Assembly: GCA_003282105.1 (NCBI GenBank)
Contig: QCAB01000001.1
Coordinates: 49,785 to 113,784 of the forward strand
DNA length: 64,000 nt
DNA from: SAR86 cluster bacterium AG-339-G14
GTDB lineage: Bacteria > Pseudomonadota > Gammaproteobacteria > Magnimaribacterales > AG-339-G14
Direction of reading: 5' to 3'
Each line of letters begins with the position of its first letter. Within the stretch, counting starts at the first letter, position 1. The notes under the pieces are model-generated. The model saw only the letters and a list, made by a program, of their open reading frames with translations, was not told the DNA's origin and did no database searches. Both the position numbers and the translations under genes were made by a program. Below, in pieces: positions 52,013 through 61,592 of the stretch.

Positions 52013-53266
52013 TTATCTTGAATATACGGGAAACTGAGCACAGAGGTTCCTAACTTCATCTTTGGTCTGATCAATTAATTTTTTACTATTTACATCATTA
52101 ATAATGTCAGCGATCCAACTGGCAATCATGTCCATTTCATTTTCTTTAAAACCCCTTCGTGTAACCGCTGGAGTTCCAATTCTTATTCCTGAAGTCACGA
52201 AAGGGGACTGAGGATCATTAGGCACTGAGTTTTTATTTACCGTGATGTGAGCAGAACCTAGAGCTGCGTCCAGAGTTTTTCCAGTTAGATTGTTTTTAAC
52301 TAGGTTAACTAAAAACATATGATTTGAAGTTCCATTTGAAACAATGTCTATATCCTTCTCCATTAAAGAAGCGCTCAGTTTCTTTGCGTTTGCAAGAATT
52401 TGCTTTTGATAATCTAAGAATTCTGGTTCCATTGCTTCTTTAAAGCAAACTGCTTTGGCAGCAATTATATGCATTAACGGACCGCCTTGAGATCCTGGGA
52501 AAAGGGCCGAATTAAGTTTTTTGTGAAGCTCTTCATTTTCTTTGGCCAAGATTAGACCGCCTCTGGGACCAATTAAAGTTTTATGAGTTGTTGTAGTTAC
52601 TACGTCGGCATAGGGGACAGGGCTTGGATAAAGTCCAGCTGCTACTAAGCCGGAAACATGCGAAATATCTGCTAGTAAATAAGCGTCAATTGAATCAGCG
52701 ATTTCTCTAAATTTAGCAAAATCTAATACCCCTGAAAAAGCAGAAAAACCACAAATAATTAATTTGGGTTTGTGTTCGTCTGCAAGGCGTTTAACTTCTT
52801 CGTAATCGATGTCACCGGTCTCATCAATGCCATAACTATAAGATTCATAAATCTTTCCAGAGAAATTTACTTTTGATCCGTGCGTGAGATGGCCTCCATG
52901 ATCTAAACTCATACCAAGAATCTTGTCTCCAGCATTAAGTAACGCTAAGAATACAGCCGCATTAGCGCTGGCACCGGAATGCGGTTGAACGTTCGCAAAA
53001 TCTGCTTTGAAAAGTTTTTTTGCTCGATCAATGGCAAGTTGTTCTGCGACGTCTACAAATTCGCAGCCACCATAATATCTTTTACCCGGGTAGCCTTCGG
53101 CATACTTGTTGGTGAGAATTGAACCTTGAGCTTCTAAAATTCTAGGCGATGCGTAATTTTCTGAGGCAATGAGCTCGATATGCTCTTCTTGTCTTATCTT
53201 CTCGCCTTCAAAAGCCTCCCACAGCTCAGAATCAAAACTTTCAATTGTATAATTGTTTCCGTACAT
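52013..53266 (-). CDS. glyA: Serine hydroxymethyltransferase
   Basis: 417 aa. [16 protein letters not shown] (PLP lysine), [12 protein letters not shown]. Confidence 0.96.
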   Translation of the reverse strand: MYGNNYTIESFDSELWEAFEGEKIRQEEHIELIASENYASPRILEAQGSILTNKYAEGYPGKRYYGGCEFVDVAEQLAIDRAKKLFKADFANVQPHSGASANAAVFLALLNAGDKILGMSLDHGGHLTHGSKVNFSGKIYESYSYGIDETGDIDYEEVKRLADEHKPKLIICGFSAFSGVLDFAKFREIADSIDAYLLADISHVSGLVAAGLYPSPVPYADVVTTTTHKTLIGPRGGLILAKENEELHKKLNSALFPGSQGGPLMHIIAAKAVCFKEAMEPEFLDYQKQILANAKKLSASLMEKDIDIVSNGTSNHMFLVNLVKNNLTGKTLDAALGSAHITVNKNSVPNDPQSPFVTSGIRIGTPAVTRRGFKENEMDMIASWIADIINDVNSKKLIDQTKDEVRNLCAQFPVYSR

Positions 53267-53297
53267 TGGAAAATTATACCTCCTAGCAATGGTATTT

Positions 53298-53951
53298 CTA
53301 TGCTTTATTGGTTATAACCTTACTTCTTCTTTTTGGATAGATAGCTTTGCAAATCTTGCATTCCAAACCAAAACATTCTCTTGCCGAACAGAATTCTCTA
53401 CCGTAAAAAATAATTTGTAAATGAAGCTTTCCCCAACTGTCTTCAGGAAAAAGTAATTTCAAGTCTTTTTCAGTCTCTTGAACGTTTTTTCCTTTTGAAA
53501 GACCCCACCTCTGAGCCAATCTGTGAATATGGGTATCGACAGCAAAACTTGGATGGCCAAAAGCTTGATTAACAACAACCGAAGCAGTTTTATGACCAAC
53601 GCCAGCCAAGGTTTCAAGTATTTCGATATCTCTTGGAATTCTAGAATTAAATTTATCGCAAAGAATTTTGGAAGTTTTTAAAATGGCTTTAGTTTTCTTT
53701 GGCGCTAACCCACAAGATTTAATGATTTGGTAAATCCTTTTCTCGCCCAGTTTTAGCATGTCTTTAGGATTTTTCGCCAATTTGAACAGATCTTTCGTTA
53801 CGATATTTACGCGTTCATCTGTACATTGAGCGCTTAATAAAACTGCAATTAAAAGAGTGTAGCTGTTGACAAATTTTAAAGGCGGCTTTGGATTTGGGTA
53901 GAGTTTCTCTAACTCTTTTTGAATGTAAATTGCTCGCTCCTTCCTAGTCAT
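53298..53951 (-). CDS. nth: Endonuclease III (HhH-GPD DNA glycosylase/AP lyase)
   Basis: 217 aa. [14 protein letters not shown] (catalytic Lys), VDTHIHRL (Asp). C-terminal four-Cys cluster with unusual spacing. Confidence 0.88.
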   Translation of the reverse strand: MTRKERAIYIQKELEKLYPNPKPPLKFVNSYTLLIAVLLSAQCTDERVNIVTKDLFKLAKNPKDMLKLGEKRIYQIIKSCGLAPKKTKAILKTSKILCDKFNSRIPRDIEILETLAGVGHKTASVVVNQAFGHPSFAVDTHIHRLAQRWGLSKGKNVQETEKDLKLLFPEDSWGKLHLQIIFYGREFCSARECFGLECKICKAIYPKRRSKVITNKA

Positions 53952-54115
53952 TATTTCTATTTTTTTGTTGCTACGAGGGACATTTTATGTAAAATTGGCT
54001 TGAGTTTAGGGAAAAACTTTTACTTTTGATAGGATTCAAGAAGAATTCGTTTCATTAGCCTTCATCAGTTCAATTTATTCCTTTCACTGCAAACAAATCA
54101 CTAAGGAGGGAGATT

Positions 54116-57109
54116 TTGAATACCTTAATAAAATATTTTTTAGTAAGCTCTTGTTTTTTTCTATTGAGCTTAACTTCTTTTGCACAGACTTTGGAAGAGG
54201 TAACCGTCACAGCAACTAGGCAAGAACAGTCAGTACAAGATGTGGCGATTTCTGTTCAAGCTATTACGTCAGATGAATTGCAAGATCAACATATTGAGAC
54301 TGCGGATGATTTGGCTTCAACTATACCTGGTTTTGATTTTACTGAAGCACTTGGCGGAGGAGTTCTTTTAAAAGTAAGAGGTCTATCGGTTGCTACAATT
54401 GGATCGGCAACTACGGCTCCAGTGATTACAGCTCAAAACGGTCACCAAATTGGTAACAGACCTTTTGCAACTATGGGTTTTTTTGATGCCGAAAGGATAG
54501 AGCTCCTTGAGGGTCCACAAGGAACTTTGTATGGACGAAACGCGTCTACTGGATTAATAAATTTTATCACCGCTAAACCTGGAGCAGATCAGTTTGTTAC
54601 TTTAACTGCTGGTGCTGACGGACTTTCTCAGCTTAAATTTGCTAGAGACATTCAACTCTCAGATAGAGCTGTTATGAGAGTTGCTGGTACCAAATTAGAC
54701 ATTGATCCAGTTATCTTCAATGCCGGGACAGGGAATGATATCGACGACCGAGATTCTTTCGGATTTAGAACAACTATTGAAGCTGAGATAGATGATCAAA
54801 ACACTCTTACTTTGCAGTTAGAAAAACTAAATGTAAATGATCAACGTCAAAATTATGGCCTTTCAGCTTGTAACAGAGACCCCTTCTTTGGCTGTGATCC
54901 TTTAACAGAAGATTTTTCTGCACATCTCAACAGAGCGACAGTTTCTTCAGGTACGATTGCGAATCAATTCAATTTATTGACCAATATTAACCACTCTGGA
55001 GCAGATCTTTATGCATCCACTGAGGCCGCGAGAATTAACAGCATCGACGTCATTAACAAAGACGTTGATCCAGTAAGAAAAGATGAATTTGACATGATTG
55101 CTCTAACCAATGTAACTGAGTTGGACAACATGACCATAACCCTGAAAGGAACACACATTCAACAAAGTTATTATCATTTAACCGACAATGATCATTCCAA
55201 TGCCTCAGATCCATTGAATGGAGCTCTTATGCCTTCTTTAGTTATTCCGTCTCTAAGGACTTTTTGTTTAGGAACCTTAACTAATGTCACGACTGACAGA
55301 GCATTTGAATGTACCGACCTAAGCAGTCTTTCTCAACAATTTGAAATAAATTTTGTGAGTGATTTCGATGGTCCTTTCAATTTTACTGCAGGTGCATACA
55401 ACTACATGGATACAATTTACAGTGCCTACACTATACAAACAACGGCATATGCCTTACTGAACGATTTCGATCAACACCCGTATTTAACCATGTTTGGAAC
55501 CGCAGCTCCGACTATGGCAACTTATGGAGGACAAGAATTTTATAAGATCTTTGGAGGTGCATTAGCTTCAACCGCTATAGTTGACACTAATGGAAATACT
55601 TTGAATGAAGCTGTTGCCGCTGTTGCCGCTGCAGGTGGCAATGCGCAAGCTCAAGCCTTAGCCACGGTTGCTTTCTTGCAAAATACTATGGCTCCAGCAA
55701 TTGCTCTTCAATGTGCTGCCTTAGCAGCAGGAGAAACTTGTGTTAAATCCATGCCCATCGAAGCCGGTGGTTTGATTGCTGACCAAAGAACGCAGAGAAC
55801 TTCGCAGGCACTCTACGGTGAATTTTATTGGACTCCTATGGATAACTTGAAATTTACTTTGGGAGCTCGTTACATGGACGATAGGTTTCATACTGCATCG
55901 ATGCAGGGCTTGTCAGATTCGGCCTATACAGGCGGCGCAGCTTGTGTGACAACTGCCTATGAAACTTGTTATCAACAAGGCGCTACTCGCACCAATTCGA
56001 AAGACGAAAATTCTACTTACAAGGCTGCAGTGCAATATGATTACGATCAAGGCATGGTTTATCTTTCATTTGTGACTGGAGTAAGACCTGAGGGAGCTCA
56101 ACCTGATGCAACTCTTTATAAAGCAGCTGAGTCAGAACAAATCGAGATTGGAACAAGAAATATATTTCTTGACGGCGCTATGCGATTAAACGTAACCGCT
56201 TTTAGGCAAGAAGTTGAAAACTCACAACAAAGTGTCATTAGGTTCTCGTCGGCTTACATTGAACCGCACGACATGGTTCACCAAGGTGTTCAGATGAATT
56301 TACAAGCCTTTGTTACTCCATCTACGATAATTTCGTTAAATGCACTTGTTACCGACAGTACTTTTGACACAGTTGCCGCGACTGCAGCCAATACTACTGC
56401 CTCTGCGACGGTAGTTGCAGACGTAACTGGTTATGCATTTGCTTCAGGATCGACTTCGCTAGAACCTCACAATCCAACCAATGCTGTATCTTTTGAGACT
56501 ATTGCTAGAACAACCGCTGCTACTACCAGCTTGGGTGGAAGCACTACCCAAGATTCAGCTTTGCAAGCCATTTGTTCAAATTTCTTTGGTGCCGCAGTTT
56601 GCGGAACGCTCAGTATGTATTCAAAAGCTACAGACGCTGAAGGAAATGTTGCTTACTTGATCAATGCCTACGGAGATGTGTTTGCAATTGCTGATGGGGC
56701 ATATAATGCTGCTGCGCAGGGGCTAGGAACATTTCAAAAGTTTGTTGAAATAGGTGGAAATCAAGTTCCCTTCACTGCAGATTTAGAGTCTACGGTGACT
56801 TTAACTCAACTTTATCAATTCGGTGGAGGTTCTGGATCTTTAAATCTTTCTTATCACTACAAAGATAAAGTATATGGTGACATTTTTAACGCTGAAAGAT
56901 ATTCAGTCGACGAAACTGAGTACTTTAATTTTAATGCGACATACTCTCCAGACAATGCCGATTGGTACGTGAATTTGTGGGCAAGAAATCTTGCTGATAA
57001 AAGATATATCAATTCAATTGCAAGAAATAGTAACCTTCAAGGAGGTTCTCCATTTCTTACTTTTGATCAAGGCAGAAAAGTTGGTTTAGACTTTGGATTA
57101 GATTTTTAA
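54116..57109 (+). CDS. TonB-dependent outer-membrane receptor, large (997 aa), paralogue A
   Basis: Signal peptide. TonB box/plug LEEVTVTATRQEQSVQDVAISVQA...IELLEGPQGTLYGRNASTGLINFI. C-terminal ...VGLDFGLDF (terminal Phe). TTG start 6-7 nt after SD aaggaggg. Confidence 0.9.
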   Translation: MNTLIKYFLVSSCFFLLSLTSFAQTLEEVTVTATRQEQSVQDVAISVQAITSDELQDQHIETADDLASTIPGFDFTEALGGGVLLKVRGLSVATIGSATTAPVITAQNGHQIGNRPFATMGFFDAERIELLEGPQGTLYGRNASTGLINFITAKPGADQFVTLTAGADGLSQLKFARDIQLSDRAVMRVAGTKLDIDPVIFNAGTGNDIDDRDSFGFRTTIEAEIDDQNTLTLQLEKLNVNDQRQNYGLSACNRDPFFGCDPLTEDFSAHLNRATVSSGTIANQFNLLTNINHSGADLYASTEAARINSIDVINKDVDPVRKDEFDMIALTNVTELDNMTITLKGTHIQQSYYHLTDNDHSNASDPLNGALMPSLVIPSLRTFCLGTLTNVTTDRAFECTDLSSLSQQFEINFVSDFDGPFNFTAGAYNYMDTIYSAYTIQTTAYALLNDFDQHPYLTMFGTAAPTMATYGGQEFYKIFGGALASTAIVDTNGNTLNEAVAAVAAAGGNAQAQALATVAFLQNTMAPAIALQCAALAAGETCVKSMPIEAGGLIADQRTQRTSQALYGEFYWTPMDNLKFTLGARYMDDRFHTASMQGLSDSAYTGGAACVTTAYETCYQQGATRTNSKDENSTYKAAVQYDYDQGMVYLSFVTGVRPEGAQPDATLYKAAESEQIEIGTRNIFLDGAMRLNVTAFRQEVENSQQSVIRFSSAYIEPHDMVHQGVQMNLQAFVTPSTIISLNALVTDSTFDTVAATAANTTASATVVADVTGYAFASGSTSLEPHNPTNAVSFETIARTTAATTSLGGSTTQDSALQAICSNFFGAAVCGTLSMYSKATDAEGNVAYLINAYGDVFAIADGAYNAAAQGLGTFQKFVEIGGNQVPFTADLESTVTLTQLYQFGGGSGSLNLSYHYKDKVYGDIFNAERYSVDETEYFNFNATYSPDNADWYVNLWARNLADKRYINSIARNSNLQGGSPFLTFDQGRKVGLDFGLDF

Positions 57110-57123
57110 TCTAAATTTTACTT

Positions 57124-57155
57124 AAAAAAGCCCGACATTAGTCGGGCTTTTTTTT
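57124..57155 (+). terminator. Rho-independent terminator after TBDR paralogue A
   Basis: aaaaa-agcccgac-atta-gtcgggct-ttttttt: 8-bp stem and T-tract. Confidence 0.88.
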
Positions 57156-57260
57156 GAAGTTTTAAAATCCTCGAACGCTTGTTATCTAAATTAAGCTAAG
57201 GTATTATCGCAAATAGGGGAGAAACCTTATCCGTCACGGACTGACGATTCTCAATTAGAA

Positions 57261-57314
57261 AGCTCAATGGAATGAGATACAAATTTGTATTTCTCCTGAA
57301 TTAATTATTGAGCT
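57261..57314 (+). promoter_or_regulatory. Nested inverted repeats in the leader/promoter of TBDR paralogue B
   Basis: Outer arms agctcaat (57261-57268) and attgagct (57307-57314). Inner perfect 14-bp palindrome atacaaatttgtat (57277-57290). Confidence 0.35.
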
Positions 57315-57330
57315 CAAGAGGGAGGAGTCA

Positions 57331-60273
57331 GTGAAAAAAATTATTAAATATACAGTCTTAAGCGCGGCTTTGGCTTTACTTAACACTTTTGCCTATGCGC
57401 AAACGGTTGAGGAAGTCACTGTCACGGCTGCTAGAAAAACTCAGTCACTGCAAGAAGTTGCGATTTCTGTACAAGCTTTGGATGGTGATGATCTTAGAGA
57501 ACAACATATTGAAACCGGGGACGACTTAGCTGAAAGATTACCAGGATTTTCTTATTCTGCAGCTATTGGGTCAGGAATTGCAACTAAAGTTAGGGGTCTT
57601 TTCATTCCTACAATTGGTGCAGCTCAGGTGGCAGCAGTGCAATATGCTATTAATGGGCACACACAAGCTGTTCAAACTCTCGGTGAAGCTGGGTTCCTTG
57701 ATTTAGAAAGAATAGAGGTTTTAGAGGGCCCGCAGGGAACTTTATACGGTAGAAATACAACTACAGGTCTCGTTAACGTCATTACCAACAAACCAGGTGC
57801 AGAAATGTATCTTGATCTTACAGTCGGTGCTGACGGACTCTCTAAAGTCATGGGTGCTTACAATTTAGATATGAGTGACAATTTGTCAGGAAGAATTGCT
57901 TTCAGAAAATACGATAAGGACGGAGTTATTTTTAACAATGTTACTTCAAATGACATTGACTCAAGAGATTCTTTTGCTTATAGACTTACTCTAGATTACG
58001 ACTTGGACGAAAATGGTCTTTTAAGATTTATGTTCAATAAAAACAATATTAATGATACAAGGCAAAATTTAGGTGCCCCAGCTTGTAAGAGAGACGAATT
58101 TTTTGGGTGTTCTCCTTTTCCTGGAAATCCTTATGACAACATAAATAATCCAGTACACCCTGTAGGATTGGTTAACAATACTTTTAACCTTTTAATGTTA
58201 ATTGCGCCAGGTACTGATACTTATTCGGATGCTGCAGCAAATAGGGTTGCAAACATTGATACAGTCCAAAAAACTCGTGATCCTCAGCAGACTATTGCTC
58301 ACGAAGGAGCACAATTAGAGTATATTACCGATCTAGTTACTCCTGCTGGAGGTTTAACTTTTAATGCTAAGGCTACTTACAATGCTACACACCAAGCGCA
58401 ATATGGCGATAATGACCATTCGCATTCTTCAGGATCGGCTGGATTAATTGGGAACGCGATTATCCCTCAAGGTTCTCTTGCTGTCGCTTCTCTTCCAACA
58501 GTCTGTTACGGAACATTGACCAATGTTGTTAGAGATGAATCCTTTGAATGTACTTTTCCTGCATATGATAGCGAACAGTACGAACTTAATTTAGTTTCAG
58601 ATTTTGATGGACCTCACAACTTCGTTGTGGGTGCTTATAATTTCCAAAGCACTGCATGGAATCCTTATTGGATTCAAACAGTTGGTTACTTGTTAATGAA
58701 CGATTTTGGAAACCACCCAATGGCAGCGATGTTTGGCAATAAATTAAATGGATATGGTGGTCAGAACTTTGCACAAACTCTTGGAGCAGTTTTAGGCGCC
58801 GATGCTACTCAAGCAGCTTTAGGTGGTGCTGCTGATCTAGCTGCAGTAACAACTATTTTAACTGGTGCAGCTGACCAGGTAATTGCAGGTTGTACTGGAT
58901 CTGCTGCAAACAATTCAAGTTGTATTAAAGATATGCCTGCAGAAGCTGGAGGCTTAATTAACGATCAAAGAACTTTCCGAGACACGATGTCAGTTTTTGG
59001 TGAATACTACTTGGATGTAACTGACAACATTAAGCTTACTTTAGGTGCTAGGTACAACGACGACAGATATTGGACTCAATCCATGCAAGGATTATCTGAC
59101 GGGGCTTATTCTAGTGCTGCTTCAACAGCTGCAGTTGCAGAATGTAACGCTGCGGATTATGAACTTTGTTATCAAGCCGGTGCTTCAATAACTACAGATA
59201 AAGAAGAAGCTGACATGTACAAATTTGTTGGTCAATATTTTTATGATCAGGGTCAAGTTTACGCTTCTTACACAACAGGTAATCGTCCGGGAGGAGCTAA
59301 CCCAGACACAACAAAATATGTAGGATCCGATTCAACTCAAATAGAAATTGGAACGAAAAATATTTTCTTTGATGGTGCGATGAGGTTAAATTTAACTGCT
59401 TTCTCAATGGAAATGGAAAACGGTCAATTCTCTCAGATTAGACAAAGTTCTGCGTATACTGAACTTCATGACTTTACTCATGAAGGGGTATCTTTAACAG
59501 CACAAGCTTATGTCACTCCTACTACAATTATTTCTGCAGCAGCTTTATACTTAGACAGCACTATGGATACTGTTGCTCCTACTGCTGAAAATACTTACAG
59601 CGTAGCTGCTCTAGGCGGAGTAATTAAAAAGGGTTCACAATCAATTAACCCGCATAATCCAACTCAAGCAACAAGTTTCACTAACTTACCTACTAATGCT
59701 GCTTTAGCTGCTGCTTACCAAGCTGCTGGTTTGAGTGCAGCTGCAGCTCAAGGTGCAGCTGATGCGATTGATGCTGGTTGTGCAGGAATTCCGGTAATCG
59801 GAGCGTTGTGTAGCCAAGCAACCTACTCTATGGACAACAATGGTAATGTTTTAATGAACATGCAAGGGTTGGCAGTACCAATTTGTAATCCATCTTGTAA
59901 TGTCTACAAGGAAGTTGGCGGTAATCAGGTTCCATTTGCTTCTGAATTGGAGAGTAATGTTACCGTTACCCAACTTTGGTCAGGCCTTGGTGGTTCTGGG
60001 CAAGTCTCTTTAATGTATACTTTTAAAGATGAATTTTATAGTGACTGGTACAATGATGAAAAGCATAAGGTTCCTGCTTCTGAATTTTGGAATTTAACTG
60101 CTTCTTACACTCCAGACAATGCTGATTGGTACTTGAACCTTTGGGCCAATAACATTACAGATAAAAGACAAATAACTTCTTTGCAAGGAACAAGTAATTT
60201 GCAAGGTCAAAATATATTTGTAACTTTTTCTGAAGGCATGCGTGCTGGATTAGATTTTGGGATAAACTTTTAA
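57331..60273 (+). CDS. TonB-dependent outer-membrane receptor, large (980 aa), paralogue B
   Basis: VEEVTVTAARKTQSLQEVAISVQA...IEVLEGPQGTLYGRNTTTGLVNVI...AGLDFGINF. Colinear with paralogue A along the whole length. GTG start after SD gagggaggag. Confidence 0.9.
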   Translation: MKKIIKYTVLSAALALLNTFAYAQTVEEVTVTAARKTQSLQEVAISVQALDGDDLREQHIETGDDLAERLPGFSYSAAIGSGIATKVRGLFIPTIGAAQVAAVQYAINGHTQAVQTLGEAGFLDLERIEVLEGPQGTLYGRNTTTGLVNVITNKPGAEMYLDLTVGADGLSKVMGAYNLDMSDNLSGRIAFRKYDKDGVIFNNVTSNDIDSRDSFAYRLTLDYDLDENGLLRFMFNKNNINDTRQNLGAPACKRDEFFGCSPFPGNPYDNINNPVHPVGLVNNTFNLLMLIAPGTDTYSDAAANRVANIDTVQKTRDPQQTIAHEGAQLEYITDLVTPAGGLTFNAKATYNATHQAQYGDNDHSHSSGSAGLIGNAIIPQGSLAVASLPTVCYGTLTNVVRDESFECTFPAYDSEQYELNLVSDFDGPHNFVVGAYNFQSTAWNPYWIQTVGYLLMNDFGNHPMAAMFGNKLNGYGGQNFAQTLGAVLGADATQAALGGAADLAAVTTILTGAADQVIAGCTGSAANNSSCIKDMPAEAGGLINDQRTFRDTMSVFGEYYLDVTDNIKLTLGARYNDDRYWTQSMQGLSDGAYSSAASTAAVAECNAADYELCYQAGASITTDKEEADMYKFVGQYFYDQGQVYASYTTGNRPGGANPDTTKYVGSDSTQIEIGTKNIFFDGAMRLNLTAFSMEMENGQFSQIRQSSAYTELHDFTHEGVSLTAQAYVTPTTIISAAALYLDSTMDTVAPTAENTYSVAALGGVIKKGSQSINPHNPTQATSFTNLPTNAALAAAYQAAGLSAAAAQGAADAIDAGCAGIPVIGALCSQATYSMDNNGNVLMNMQGLAVPICNPSCNVYKEVGGNQVPFASELESNVTVTQLWSGLGGSGQVSLMYTFKDEFYSDWYNDEKHKVPASEFWNLTASYTPDNADWYLNLWANNITDKRQITSLQGTSNLQGQNIFVTFSEGMRAGLDFGINF

Positions 60274-60285
60274 AGTCTTTATTTT

Positions 60286-60317
60286 AAAAAAGCCTCGATT
60301 CGTCGAGGCTTTTTTTT
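60286..60317 (+). terminator. Rho-independent terminator after TBDR paralogue B
   Basis: aaaaa-agcctcga-ttcg-tcgaggct-ttttttt. Confidence 0.88.
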
Positions 60318-60364
60318 ATTTTGAACATAGTATAAAAACAAGAAATTATTTATAATCAATTTTC

Positions 60365-60380
60365 CGTTTATAAATAAACG
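60365..60380. promoter_or_regulatory. Candidate operator: 7-2-7 inverted repeat cgtttat-aa-ataaacg upstream of the thiolase gene
   Basis: Perfect 7-bp arms ending 9 nt upstream of the SD (aaggag) of the thiolase gene. Confidence 0.3.
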
Positions 60381-60398
60381 TAAATTTAAGGAGATTTT

Positions 60399-61592
60399 AT
60401 GAGAAATGTAGTAATTGTAGACAGTGTAAGAACTGGACTAGCGAAATCATTTAGGGGAGGCTTCAATCAAACCAGAGCAGATAACATGACCGCTCATTTA
60501 GTTGATGCTTTGTTAGAAAGAAATCCAGGGTTAGATCCTTCCACGGTTGAGGATATGATCTTAGGTTGTGGAGCGCCTGAAGGAGCTCAAGGTCACAACA
60601 TAGCTAGAAACGTAGCTGTCTTATCGAAACTTCCAATTGAAGTTGGCGGCACAACTGTCAACAGATACTGTTCATCAGGTCTGCAAACTGTAGCCATGGC
60701 CGCAACTCAGGTTCAAAGTGGATTCAGTGATTGTATTATGGCCGGTGGAGTGGAGTCTATTTCTACAACCCAGGGGAATACAAACATGCACATGTATGTA
60801 AATGATACTCTTGCTGCTGATGTACCTGGAATTTACCATGCAATGGGTCAAACGGCAGAATGTGTCGCCAAGCGATATGATGTTTCTAGAGAAGCTCAAG
60901 ACGAGTATGCTCTCTCCAGTCAACAAAGAACCGCTGCTGCCCAAGAAGCAGGCTTATACGATGACGAAATTATTCCGATGGATACTGTTATGAAGTTAGT
61001 AAATAAAGAGACCGGAGCAGAAAAAGAGGTCGAGGTTACTGTAGACAGAGACGATTGCAATCGTCCTGAGACTACTCTCGAAGGATTGTCTTCTCTAAAA
61101 CCGGTATTCGATCCTGAAGGTGGTTCAGTAACGGCTGGAAATTCTTCTCAGCTTTCTGATGGTGCTTCTGTGACTTTGGTTATGAGCGAGGAAAAAGCTT
61201 TAGAAATGGGTCTCACGCCAAAATTATATTTCAGAGGCTTTACAGTAGTGGGTTGTCAGCCAGATGAGATGGGAATAGGACCTGTTTACTCAATTCCTAA
61301 ATTATTGAAATCAGCTGGCTTAAAAATTGATGACATCGATTTGTGGGAGCTTAATGAGGCTTTCGCTTCTCAAGTTGTCTACATAAGAGATACTCTTGGA
61401 TTGCCAACAGACAAACTTAACGTCAATGGTGGTTCGATTTCAATTGGGCATCCTTTTGGCATGACTGGTTCAAGACAAGTTGGCCACGTCGCTAGGGAGC
61501 TCAATCGCAGAGACGGCAAATACGGCATAGTCACTATGTGTGTCGGCGGTGGTATGGGCGCTACCGGTCTCTTTGAGGCATATCAATCTTAA
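60399..61592 (+). CDS. Acetyl-CoA C-acyltransferase (3-ketoacyl-CoA thiolase)
   Basis: 397 aa. Acyl-Cys NRYCSSGLQT, His GHPFGMTGSR, base Cys MCVGGGMG. Confidence 0.92.
   Translation: MRNVVIVDSVRTGLAKSFRGGFNQTRADNMTAHLVDALLERNPGLDPSTVEDMILGCGAPEGAQGHNIARNVAVLSKLPIEVGGTTVNRYCSSGLQTVAMAATQVQSGFSDCIMAGGVESISTTQGNTNMHMYVNDTLAADVPGIYHAMGQTAECVAKRYDVSREAQDEYALSSQQRTAAAQEAGLYDDEIIPMDTVMKLVNKETGAEKEVEVTVDRDDCNRPETTLEGLSSLKPVFDPEGGSVTAGNSSQLSDGASVTLVMSEEKALEMGLTPKLYFRGFTVVGCQPDEMGIGPVYSIPKLLKSAGLKIDDIDLWELNEAFASQVVYIRDTLGLPTDKLNVNGGSISIGHPFGMTGSRQVGHVARELNRRDGKYGIVTMCVGGGMGATGLFEAYQS

Noticed and set aside
57156-57330. Possible cobalamin or TPP riboswitch upstream of the second TonB-dependent receptor.
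   Set aside because: I looked for a B12-box (AGYCMGGAGACCKGCC-like) and for THI-box elements (CTGAGA ... ACCTGATCTGGATAATGCCAGCG-like) on the plus strand and found neither. The region is kept only as an unexplained structured leader.
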